DNA from: Auanema rhodensis
Taxonomy: Eukaryota > Animalia > Nematoda
Direction of reading: 5' to 3'
Length of the DNA: 64,000 bases
Assembly (NCBI GenBank): GCA_964057225.1
Contig: OZ059899.1
Coordinates: 2,294,001 to 2,358,000, forward strand
Made by a program: the position numbers and the translations under genes. Positions 14,001-27,200 of the stretch are shown one piece after another; position 1 is the stretch's first letter, and each line of letters starts with the position of its first letter. The notes below the pieces were generated by a model. It ran no database searches. It saw nothing but the letters and a program-made list of their open reading frames with translations, and was not told the DNA's origin.

Positions 14001-17000
14001 ACGATCATAACTAATTTTTGTATTAAGCGTTTCTCAATGTAGTATAGTGCATTCGATGCGGATTTTTAAGCTGCGTCGATCTGTGTTATCAGATTTGCGC
14101 TACCTTAAAAATGCACCGAGATATCAACTGATATAAGTTCACACTTATATCCTCGATTTTCACCCTGAAGAATTAATTTTTTCGTTGAATAACATTGTCT
14201 ATCGTCTTTGCCTTGAAAAATGGAATCTAAAAACATCTACTTTTTGCTAAATTATTTTGAAATTTTTCGAAAAACTTTTTGTCAAAATGTTTTTGGAAGC
14301 AATGTTGAGTGTACATGGAAACTCAACATACACTAATGCATCATTTTTCAAACGATCATAACTAATTTTTGTATTAAGCTTTTCTCAATGTAGTATAGTG
14401 CATTCGATGCGGATTTTTAAGCTGCGTCGATCTGTGTTATCAGATTTGCGCTAGCTTAAAAGTGCACCGAGATATCAACTGATATAAGTTCACACTTATA
14501 TCCTCGATTTTCACCCTGAACAATTAATTTTTTCGTTGAATAACATTGTCTATCGTCTTTGCCTTGAAAAATGAAATCTAAAAACATCTACTTTTTGCTA
14601 AATTATTTTGAAATTTTTCGAAACAATTTTTGTCAAAATGTTTTTGGAAGCAATGTTGAGTGTACATGGAAACTCAACATACACTAATGCATCATTTTTC
14701 AAACAATCATAACTATTTTGTGTATTAAGCGTTTCTTAATGTAGTATAGTGCATTCGATGCGGATTTTTAAGCTGCGTCGATCTGTGTTATCAGATTTGC
14801 GCTAGCTTAAAAATGCACCGAGATATCAACTGATATAAGTTCACACTTATATCATCGATTTTCACCCTGAAGAATTAATTTTTTCGTTGAATAACATTAT
14901 CCATCGTCTTTGCCTTGAAAAATGGAATCTAAAAACATCTACTTTTTGCTAAATTATTTTGAAATTTTTCGAAAAAATTTTTGTCAAAATGTTTTTGGAA
15001 GCAATGTTGAGTGTACATGGAAACTCAACATACACTAATGCATCATTTTTCAAACGATCATAACTAATTTTTGTATCAAGCGTTTCTCAATGTAGTATAG
15101 TGCATTCGATGCGGATTTTTAAGCTGCGTCGATCTGTGTTATCAGATTTGCGCTAACTTAAAAATGCACCGAGATATCAACTGATATAAGTTCACACTTA
15201 TATCCTCGATTTTCACCCTGAACAATTAATTTTTTCGTTGAATAACATTGTCTATCGTCTTTGCCTTGAAAAATGAAATCTAAAAACATCTACTTTTTGC
15301 TAAATTATTTTGAAATTTTTCGAAAAAATTTTTGTCAAAATGTTTTTGGAAGCAATGTTGAGTGTACATGGAAACTCAACATACACTAATGCATCATTTT
15401 TCAAACGATCATAACTAATTTTTGTATCAAGCGTTTCTCGATGTAGTATAGTGCATTCGATGCGGATTTTTAAGCTGCGTCGATCTGTGTTATCAGATTT
15501 GCGCTAGCTTAAAAATGCACCGAGATATCAACTGATATAAGTTCACACTTATATCCTCGATTTTCACCCTGAAGAATTAATTTTTTCGTTGAATAACATT
15601 GTCTATCGTCTTTGCCTTGAAAAATGGAATCTAAAAACATCTACTTTTTGCTAAATTATTTTGAAATTTTTCGAAAAACTTTTTGTCAAAATGTTTTTGG
15701 AAGCAATGTTGAGTGTACATGGAAACTCAACATACACTAATGCATCATTTTTCAAACAATCATAACTAATTTTTGTATTAAGCTTTTCTCAATGTAGTAT
15801 AGTGCATTCGATGCGGATTTTTAAGCTGCGTCGATCTGTGTTATCAGATTTGCGCTAGCTTAAAAGTGCACCGAGATATCAACTGATATAAGTTCACACT
15901 TATATCCTCGATTTTCACCCTGAACAATTAATTTTTTCGTTGAATAACATTGTCTATCGTCTTTGCCTTGAAAAATGAAATCTAAAAACATCTACTTTTT
16001 GCTAAATTATTTTGAAATTTTTCGAAACAATTTTTGTCAAAATGTTTTTGGAAGCAATGTTGAGTGTACATGGAAACTCAACATACACTAATGCATCATT
16101 TTTCAAACAATCATAACTATTTTGTGTATTAAGCGTTTCTTAATGTAGTATAGTGCATTCGATGCGGATTTTTAAGCTGCGTCGATCTGTGTTATCAGAT
16201 TTGCGCTAGCTTAAAAATGCACCGAGATATCAACTGATATAAGTTCACACTTATATCCTCGATTTTCACCCTGAAGAATTAATTTTTTCGTTGAATAACA
16301 TTATCCATCGTCTTTGCCTTGAAAAATGGAATCTAAAAACATCTACTTTTTGCTAAATTATTTTGAAATTTTTCGAAAAAATTTTTGTCAAAATGTTTTT
16401 GGAAGCAATGTTGAGTGTACATGGAAACTCAACATACACTAATGCATCATTTTTCAAACGATCATAACTAATTTTTGTATCAAGCGTTTCTCAATGTAGT
16501 ATAGTGCATTCGATGCGGATTTTTAAGCTGCGTCGATCTGTGTTATCAGATTTGCGCTAACTTAAAAATGCACCGAGATATCAACTGATATAAGTTCACA
16601 CTTATATCCTCGATTTTCACCCTGAACAATTAATTTTTTCGTTGAATAACATTGTCCATCGTCTTTGCCTTGAAAAATGGAATCTAAAAACATCTACTTT
16701 TTGCTAAATTATTTTGAAATTTTTCGAAAAAATTTTTGTCAAAATGTTTTTGGAAGCAATGTTGAGTGTACATGGAAACTCAACATACACTAATGCATCA
16801 TTTTTCAAACGATCATAACTAATTTTTGTATCAAGCGTTTCTCGATGTAGTATAGTGCATTCGATGCGGATTTTTAAGCTGCGTCGATCTGTGTTATCAG
16901 ATTTGCGCTAGCTTAAAAATGCACCGAGATATCAAGTGATATAAGTTCACACTTATATCCTCGATTTTCACCCTGAAGAATTGATTTTTTCGTTGAATAA

Positions 17001-20000
17001 CATTGTCTATCGTCTTTGCCTTGAAAAATGGAATCTAAAAACATCTACTTTTTGCTAAATTATTTTGAAATTTTTCGAAAAAATTTTTGTCAAAATGTTT
17101 TTGGAAGCAATGTTGAGTGTACATGGAAACTCAACATACACTAATGCATCATTTTTCAAACAATCATAACTAATTTGTGTATTAAGCGTTTCTTAATGTA
17201 GTATAGTGCATTCGATGCGGATTTTTAAGCTGCGTCGATCTGTGTTATCAGATTTGCGCTAGCTTAAAAATGCACCGAGATATCAACTGATATAAGTTCA
17301 CACTTATATCCTCGATTTTCACCCTGAAGAATTGATTTTTTCGTTGAATAACATTGTCTATCGTCTTTGCCTTGAAAAATGGAATCTAAAAACATCTACT
17401 TTTTGCTAAATTATTTTGAAATTTTTCGAAAAAATTTTTGTCAAAATGTTTTTGGAAGCAATGTTGAGTGTACATGGAAACTCAACATACACTAATGCAT
17501 CATTTTTCAAACGATCATAACTAATTTTTGTATTAAGCTTTTCTCAATGTAGTATAGTGCATTCGATGCGGATTTTTAAGCTGCGTCGATCTGTGTTATC
17601 AGATTTGCGCTAGCTTAAAAGTGCACCGAGATATCAACTGATATAAGTTCACACTTATATCCTCGATTTTCACCCTGAAGAATTAATTTTTTCGTTGAAT
17701 AACATTGTCTATCGTCTTTGCCTTGAAAAATGGAATTTAAAAACATCTACTTTTTGCTAAATTATTTTGAAATTTTTCGAAAAAATTTTTGTCAAAATGT
17801 TTTTGGAAGCAATGTTGAGTGTACATGGAAACTCAACATACACTAATGCATCATTTTTCAAACGATCATAACTAATTTTTGTATTAAGCTTTTCTCAATG
17901 TAGTATAGTGCATTCGATGCGGATTTTTAAGCTGCGTCGATCTGTGTTATCAGATTTGCGCTAGCTTAAAAGTGCACCGAGATATCAACTGATATAAGTT
18001 CACACTTATATCCTCGATTTTCACCCTGAAGAATTAATTTTTTCGTTGAATAACATTGTCTATCGTCTTTGCCTTGAAAAATGGAATTTAAAAACATCTA
18101 CTTTTTGCTAAATTATTTTGAAATTTTTCGAAAAAATTTTTGTCAAAATGTTTTTGGAAGCAATGTTGAGTGTACATGGAAACTCAACATACACTAATGC
18201 ATCATTTTTCAAACGATCATAACTAATTTTTGTATTAAGCTTTTCTCAATGTAGTATAGTGCATTCGATGCGGATTTTTAAGCTGCGTCGATCTGTGTTA
18301 TCAGATTTGCGCTAGCTTAAAAGTGCACCGAGATATCAACTGATATAAGTTCACACTTATATCCTCGATTTTCACCCTGAAGAATTAATTTTTTCGTTGA
18401 ATAACATTCTCTATCGTCTTTGCCTTGAAAAATGGAATTTAAAAACATCTACTTTTTGCTAAATTATTTTGAAATTTTTCGAAAAAATTTTTGTCAAAAT
18501 GTTTTTGGAAGCAATGTTGAGTGTACATGGAAACTCAACATACACTAATGCATCATTTTTCAAACGATCATAACTAACTTTTGTATTAAGCTTTTCTCAA
18601 TGTAGTATAGTGCATTCGATGCGGATTTTTAAGCTGCGTCGATCTGTGTTATCAGATTTGCGCTAGCTTAAAAATGCACCGAGATATCAACTGATATAAG
18701 TTCACACTTATATCCTCGATTTTCACCCTGAAGAATTGATTTTTTCGTTGAATAACATTGTCTATCGTCTTTGCCTTGAAAAATGGAATCTAAAAACATC
18801 TACTTTTTGCTAAATTATTTTGAAATTTTTCGAAAAAATTTTTGTCAAAATGTTTTTGGAAGCAATGTTGAGTGTACATGGAAACTCAACATACACTAAT
18901 GCATCATTTTTCAAACAATCATAACTAATTTGTGTATTAAGCGTTTCTTAATGTAGTATAGTGCATTCGATGCGGATTTTTAAGCTGCGTCGATCTGTGT
19001 TATCAGATTTGCGCTAGCTTAAAAATGCACCGAGATATCAACTGATATAAGTTCACACTTATATCCTCGATTTTCACCCTGAAGAATTGATTTTTTCGTT
19101 GAATAACATTGTCTATCGTCTTTGCCTTGAAAAATGGAATCTAAAAACATCTACTTTTTGCTAAATTATTTTGAAATTTTTCGAAAAAATTTTTGTCAAA
19201 ATGTTTTTGGAAGCAATGTTGAGTGTACATGGAAACTCAACATACACTAATGCATCATTTTTCAAACGATCATAACTAATTTTTGTATTAAGCTTTTCTC
19301 AATGTAGTATAGTGCATTCGATGCGGATTTTTAAGCTGCGTCGATCTGTGTTATCAGATTTGCGCTAGCTTAAAAGTGCACCGAGATATCAACTGATATA
19401 AGTTCACACTTATATCCTCGATTTTCACCCTGAACAATTAATTTTTTCGTTGAATAACATTGTCTATCGTCTTTGCCTTGAAAAATGAAATCTAAAAACA
19501 TCTACTTTTTGCTAAATTATTTTGAAATTTTTCGAAACAATTTTTGTCAAAATGTTTTTGGAAGCAATGTTGAGTGTACATGGAAACTCAACATACACTA
19601 ATGCATCATTTTTCAAACAATCATAACTATTTTGTGTATTAAGCGTTTCTTAATGTAGTATAGTGCATTCGATGCGGATTTTTAAGCTGCGTCGATCTGT
19701 GTTATCAGATTTGCGCTAGCTTAAAAATGCACCGAGATATCAACTGATATAAGTTCACACTTATATCCTCGATTTTCACCCTGAAGAATTAATTTTTTCG
19801 TTGAATAACATTATCCATCGTCTTTGCCTTGAAAAATGGAATCTAAAAACATCTACTTTTTGCTAAATTATTTTGAAATTTTTCGAAAAAATTTTTGTCA
19901 AAATGTTTTTGGAAGCAATGTTGAGTGTACATGGAAACTCAACATACACTAATGCATCATTTTTCAAACGATCATAACTAATTTTTGTATCAAGCGTTTC

Positions 20001-23000
20001 TCAATGTAGTATAGTGCATTCGATGCGGATTTTTAAGCTGCGTCGATCTGTGTTATCAGATTTGCGCTAACTTAAAAATGCACCGAGATATCAACTGATA
20101 TAAGTTCACACTTATATCCTCGATTTTCACCCTGAACAATTAATTTTTTCGTTGAATAACATTGTCTATCGTCTTTGCCTTGAAAAATGAAATCTAAAAA
20201 CATCTACTTTTTGCTAAATTATTTTGAAATTTTTCGAAAAAATTTTTGTCAAAATGTTTTTGGAAGCAATGTTGAGTGTACATGGAAACTCAACATACAC
20301 TAATGCATCATTTTTCAAACGATCATAACTAATTTTTGTATCAAGCGTTTCTCGATGTAGTATAGTGCATTCGATGCGGATTTTTAAGCTGCGTCGATCT
20401 GTGTTATCAGATTTGCGCTAGCTTAAAAATGCACCGAGATATCAACTGATATAAGTTCACACTTATATCCTCGATTTTCACCCTGGAGAAATAATTTTTT
20501 CGTTGAATAACATTATCCATCGTCTTTGCCTTGAAAAAAGGAATCTAAAAACATCTACTTTTTGCTAAATTATTTTGAAATTTTTCGAAAAAATTTTTGT
20601 CAAAATGTTTTTGGAAACAATGTTGAGTGTACATGGAAACTCAACATTCACTAATGCATCATTTTTCAAACGATCATAACTAATTTTTGTATTAAGCGTT
20701 TCTCAATGTAGTATAGTGCATTCGATGCGGATTTTTAAGCTGCGTCGATCTGTGTTATCAGATTTGCGCTAGCTTAAAAATGCACCGAGATATCAACTGA
20801 TATAAGTTCACACTTATATCCTCGATTTTCACCCTGAAGAATTAATTTTTTCGTTGAATAACATTGTCTATCGTCTTTGCCTTGAAAAATGGAATCTAAA
20901 AACATCTACTTTTTGCTAAATTATTTTGAAATTTTTCGAAAAACTTTTTGTCAAAATGTTTTTGGAAGCAATGTTGAGTGTACATGGAAACTCAACATAC
21001 ACTAATGCATCATTTTTCAAACGATCATAACTAATTTTTGTATTAAGCTTTTCTCAATGTAGTATAGTGCATTCGATGCGGATTTTTAAGCTGCGTCGAT
21101 CTGTGTTATCAGATTTGCGCTAGCTTAAAAGTGCACCGAGATATCAACTGATATAAGTTCACACTTATATCCTCGATTTTCACCCTGAACAATTAATTTT
21201 TTCGTTGAATAACATTGTCTATCGTCTTTGCCTTGAAAAATGAAATCTAAAAACATCTACTTTTTGCTAAATTATTTTGAAATTTTTCGAAACAATTTTT
21301 GTCAAAATGTTTTTGGAAGCAATGTTGAGTGTACATGGAAACTCAACATACACTAATGCATCATTTTTCAAACAATCATAACTATTTTGTGTATTAAGCG
21401 TTTCTTAATGTAGTATAGTGCATTCGATGCGGATTTTTAAGCTGCGTCGATCTGTGTTATCAGATTTGCGCTAGCTTAAAAATGCACCGAGATATCAACT
21501 GATATAAGTTCACACTTATATCCTCGATTTTCACCCTGAAGAATTAATTTTTTCGTTGAATAACATTATCCATCGTCTTTGCCTTGAAAAATGGAATCTA
21601 AAAACATCTACTTTTTGCTAAATTATTTTGAAATTTTTCGAAAAAATTTTTGTCAAAATGTTTTTGGAAGCAATGTTGAGTGTACATGGAAACTCAACAT
21701 ACACTAATGCATCATTTTTCAAACGATCATAACTAATTTTTGTATCAAGCGTTTCTCAATGTAGTATAGTGCATTCGATGCGGATTTTTAAGCTGCGTCG
21801 ATCTGTGTTATCAGATTTGCGCTAACTTAAAAATGCACCGAGATATCAACTGATATAAGTTCACACTTATATCCTCGATTTTCACCCTGAACAATTAATT
21901 TTTTCGTTGAATAACATTGTCCATCGTCTTTGCCTTGAAAAATGGAATCTAAAAACATCTACTTTTTGCTAAATTATTTTGAAATTTTTCGAAAAAATTT
22001 TTGTCAAAATGTTTTTGGAAGCAATGTTGAGTGTACATGGAAACTCAACATACACTAATGCATCATTTTTCAAACGATCATAACTAATTTTTGTATCAAG
22101 CGTTTCTCGATGTAGTATAGTGCATTCGATGCGGATTTTTAAGCTGCGTCGATCTGTGTTATCAGATTTGCGCTAGCTTAAAAATGCACCGAGATATCAA
22201 GTGATATAAGTTCACACTTATATCCTCGATTTTCACCCTGAAGAATTGATTTTTTCGTTGAATAACATTGTCTATCGTCTTTGCCTTGAAAAATGGAATC
22301 TAAAAACATCTACTTTTTGCTAAATTATTTTGAAATTTTTCGAAAAAATTTTTGTCAAAATGTTTTTGGAAGCAATGTTGAGTGTACATGGAAACTCAAC
22401 ATACACTAATGCATCATTTTTCAAACAATCATAACTAATTTGTGTATTAAGCGTTTCTTAATGTAGTATAGTGCATTCGATGCGGATTTTTAAGCTGCGT
22501 CGATCTGTGTTATCAGATTTGCGCTAGCTTAAAAATGCACCGAGATATCAACTGATATAAGTTCACACTTATATCCTCGATTTTCACCCTGAAGAATTGA
22601 TTTTTTCGTTGAATAACATTGTCTATCGTCTTTGCCTTGAAAAATGGAATCTAAAAACATCTACTTTTTGCTAAATTATTTTGAAATTTTTCGAAAAAAT
22701 TTTTGTCAAAATGTTTTTGGAAGCAATGTTGAGTGTACATGGAAACTCAACATACACTAATGCATCATTTTTCAAACGATCATAACTAATTTTTGTATTA
22801 AGCTTTTCTCAATGTAGTATAGTGCATTCGATGCGGATTTTTAAGCTGCGTCGATCTGTGTTATCAGATTTGCGCTAGCTTAAAAGTGCACCGAGATATC
22901 AACTGATATAAGTTCACACTTATATCCTCGATTTTCACCCTGAAGAATTAATTTTTTCGTTGAATAACATTGTCTATCGTCTTTGCCTTGAAAAATGGAA

Positions 23001-24219
23001 TTTAAAAACATCTACTTTTTGCTAAATTATTTTGAAATTTTTCGAAAAAATTTTTGTCAAAATGTTTTTGGAAGCAATGTTGAGTGTACATGGAAACTCA
23101 ACATACACTAATGCATCATTTTTCAAACGATCATAACTAATTTTTGTATTAAGCTTTTCTCAATGTAGTATAGTGCATTCGATGCGGATTTTTAAGCTGC
23201 GTCGATCTGTGTTATCAGATTTGCGCTAGCTTAAAAGTGCACCGAGATATCAACTGATATAAGTTCACACTTATATCCTCGATTTTCACCCTGAAGAATT
23301 AATTTTTTCGTTGAATAACATTCTCTATCGTCTTTGCCTTGAAAAATGGAATTTAAAAACATCTACTTTTTGCTAAATTATTTTGAAATTTTTCGAAAAA
23401 ATTTTTGTCAAAATGTTTTTGGAAGCAATGTTGAGTGTACATGGAAACTCAACATACACTAATGCATCATTTTTCAAACGATCATAACTAACTTTTGTAT
23501 TAAGCTTTTCTCAATGTAGTATAGTGCATTCGATGCGGATTTTTAAGCTGCGTCGATCTGTGTTATCAGATTTGCGCTAGCTTAAAAATGCACCGAGATA
23601 TCAACTGATATAAGTTCACACTTATATCCTCGATTTTCACCCTGAAGAATTGATTTTTTCGTTGAATAACATTGTCTATCGTCTTTGCCTTGAAAAATGG
23701 AATCTAAAAACATCTACTTTTTGCTAAATTATTTTGAAATTTTTCGAAAAAATTTTTGTCAAAATGTTTTTGGAAGCAATGTTGAGTGTACATGGAAACT
23801 CAACATACACTAATGCATCATTTTTCAAACAATCATAACTAATTTGTGTATTAAGCGTTTCTTAATGTAGTATAGTGCATTCGATGCGGATTTTTAAGCT
23901 GCGTCGATCTGTGTTATCAGATTTGCGCTAGCTTAAAAATGCACCGAGATATCAACTGATATAAGTTCACACTTATATCCTCGATTTTCACCCTGAAGAA
24001 TTGATTTTTTCGTTGAATAACATTGTCTATCGTCTTTGCCTTGAAAAATGGAATCTAAAAACATCTACTTTTTGCTAAATTATTTTGAAATTTTTCGAAA
24101 AAATTTTTGTCAAAATGTTTTTGGAAGCAATGTTGAGTGTACATGGAAACTCAACATACACTAATGCATCATTTTTCAAACGATCATAACTAATTTTTGT
24201 ATTAAGCTTTTCTCAATGT
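8074..24219. repeat. Higher-order repeat domain: three imperfect copies of a ~14-16-monomer unit containing a duplicated pentamer
   Basis: Diagnostic variants: CTGGAGAAATAAT (G at 8201, 9956, 13817, 20486); CGAAACAA in monomers starting 8776, 10531, 14392, 15796, 19306, 21061; CAAGTGAT in monomers at 11584, 16849, 22114; ATTCTCT plus AACTTTT in monomers at 12637, 18253, 23167. Confidence 0.85.
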
Positions 24220-27200
24220 AGTATAGTGCATTCGATGCGGATTTTTAAGCTGCGTCGATCTGTGTTATCAGATTTGCGCTAGCTTAAAAGTGCACCGAGA
24301 TATCAACTGATATAAGTTCACACTTATATCCTCGATTTTCACCCTGAAGAATTGATTTTTTCGTTGAATAACATTGTCTATCGTCTTTGCCTTGAAAAAT
24401 GGAATCTAAAAACATCTACTTTTTGCTAAATTATTTTGAAATTTTTCGAAAAAATTTTTGTCAAAATGTTTTTGGAAGCAATGTTGAGTGTACATGGAAA
24501 CTCAACATACACTAATGCATCATTTTTCAAACAATCATAACTAATTTGTGTATTAAGCGTTTCTTAATGTAGTATAGTGCATTCGATGCGGATTTTTAAG
24601 CTGCGTCGATCTGTGTTATCAGATTTGCGCTAGCTTAAAAATGCACCGAGATATCAACTGATATAAGTTCACACTTATATCCTCGATTTTCACCCTGAAG
24701 AATTGATTTTTTCGTTGAATAACATTGTCTATCGTATTTGCCTTGAGAAATGGAATCTAAAAACATCTACTTTTTGCTAAATTATTTTGAAATTTTTCGA
24801 AAAAATTTTTGTCAAAATGTTTTTGGAAGCAATGTTGAGTGTACATGGAAACTCAACATACACTAATGCATCATTTTTCAAACAATCATAACTAATTTGT
24901 GTATTAAGCGTTTCTCAATGTAGTATAGTGCATTCGATGCGGATTTTTAAGCTGCGTCGATCTGTGTTATCAGATTTGCGCTAGCTTAAAAATGCACCGA
25001 GATATCAACTGATATAAGTTCACACTTATATCCTCGATTTTCACCCTGAAGAATTAATTTTTTCGTTGAATAACATTGTCTATCGTCTTTGCCTTGAAAA
25101 ATGGAATCTAAAAACATCTACTTTTTGCTAAATTATTTTGAAATTTTTCGAAAAAATTTTTGTCAAAATGTTTTTGGAAGCAATGTTGAGTGTACATGGA
25201 AACTCAACATACACTAATGCATCATTTTTCAAACGATCATAACTAATTTTTGTATTAAGCTTTTCTCAATGTAGTATAGTGCATTCGATGCGGATTTTTA
25301 AGCTGCGTCGATCTGTGTTATCAGATTTGCGCTAGCTTAAAAATGCACCGAGATATCAACTGATATAAGTTCACACTTATATCCTCGATTTTCACCCTGA
25401 AGAATTAATTTTTTCGTTGAATAACATTATCCATCGTCTTTGCCTTGACAAATGAAATCTAAAAACATCTACTTTTTGCTAAATTATTTTGAAATTTTTC
25501 GAAAAACTTTTGTCAAAATGTTTTTGGAAGCAATGTTGAGTGTACATGGAAACTCAACATACACTAATGCATCATTTTTCAAACGATCATAACTAATTTT
25601 TGTATCAAGCGTTTCTCAATGTAGTATAGTGCATTCGATGCGGATTTTTAAGCTGCGTCGATCTGTGTTATCAGATTTGCGCTAACTTAAAAATGCACCG
25701 AGATATCAACTGATATAAGTTCACACTTATATCCTCGATTTTCACCCTGAACAATTAATTTTTTCGTTGAATAACATTGTCCATCGTCTTTGCCTTGAAA
25801 AATGGAATCTAAAAACATCTACTTTTTGCTAAATTATTTTGAAATTTTTCGAAAAAATTTTTGTCAAAATGTTTTTGGAAGCAATGTTGAGTGTACATGG
25901 AAACTCAACATACACTAATGCATCATTTTTCAAACAATCATAACTAATTTTTGTATTAAGCTTTTCTCAATGTAGTATAGTGCATTCGATGCGGATTTTT
26001 AAGCTGCGTCGATCTGTGTTATCAGATTTGCGCTAGCTTAAAAGTGCACCGAGATATCAACTGATATAAGTTCACACTTATATCCTCGATTTTCACCCTG
26101 AAGAATTAATTTTTTCGTTGAATAACATTGTCTATCGTCTTTGCCTTGAAAAATGGAATCTAAAAACATCTACTTTTTGCTAAATTATTTTGAAATTTTT
26201 CGAAAAAATTTTTGTCAAAATGTTTTTGGAAGCAATGTTGAGTGTACATGGAAACTCAACATACACTAATGCATCATTTTTCAAACGATCATAACTAATT
26301 TTTGTATTAAGCTTTTCTCAATGTAGTATAGTGCATTCGATGCGGATTTTTAAGCTGCGTCGATCTGTGTTATCAGATTTGCGCTAGCTTAAAAGTGCAC
26401 CGAGATATCAACTGATATAAGTTCACACTTATATCCTCGATTTTCACCCTGAACAATTAATTTTTTCGTTGAATAACATTGTCTATCGTCTTTGCCTTGA
26501 AAAATGAAATCTAAAAACATCTACTTTTTGCTAAATTATTTTGAAATTTTTCGAAACAATTTTTGTCAAAATGTTTTTGGAAGCAATGTTGAGTGTACAT
26601 GGAAACTCAACATACACTAATGCATCATTTTTCAAACAATCATAACTATTTTGTGTATTAAGCGTTTCTTAATCTAGTATAGTGCATTCGATGCGGATTT
26701 TTAAGCTGCGTCGATCTGTGTTATCAGATTTGCGCTAGCTTAAAAATGCACCGAGATATCAACTGATATAAGTTCACACTTATATCCTCGATTTTCACCC
26801 TGAAGAATTAATTTTTTCGTTGAATAACATTATCCATCGTCTTTGCCTTGAAAAATGGAATTCAAAAACATCTACTTTTTGCTAAATTATTTTGAAATTT
26901 TTCGAAAAAATTTTTGTCAAAATGTTTTTGGAAGCAATGTTGAGTGTACATGGAAACTCAACATACACTAATGCATCATTTTTCAAACGATCATAACTAA
27001 TTTTTGTATCAAGCGTTTCTCAATGTAGTATAGTGCATTCGATGCGGATTTTTAAGCTGCGTCGATCTGTGTTATCAGATTTGCGCTAACTTAAAAATGC
27101 ACCGAGATATCAACTGAAATAAGTTCACACTTATATCCTCGATTTTCACCCTGAACAATTAATTTTTTCGTTGAATAACAATGTCCATCGTCTTTGCCTT

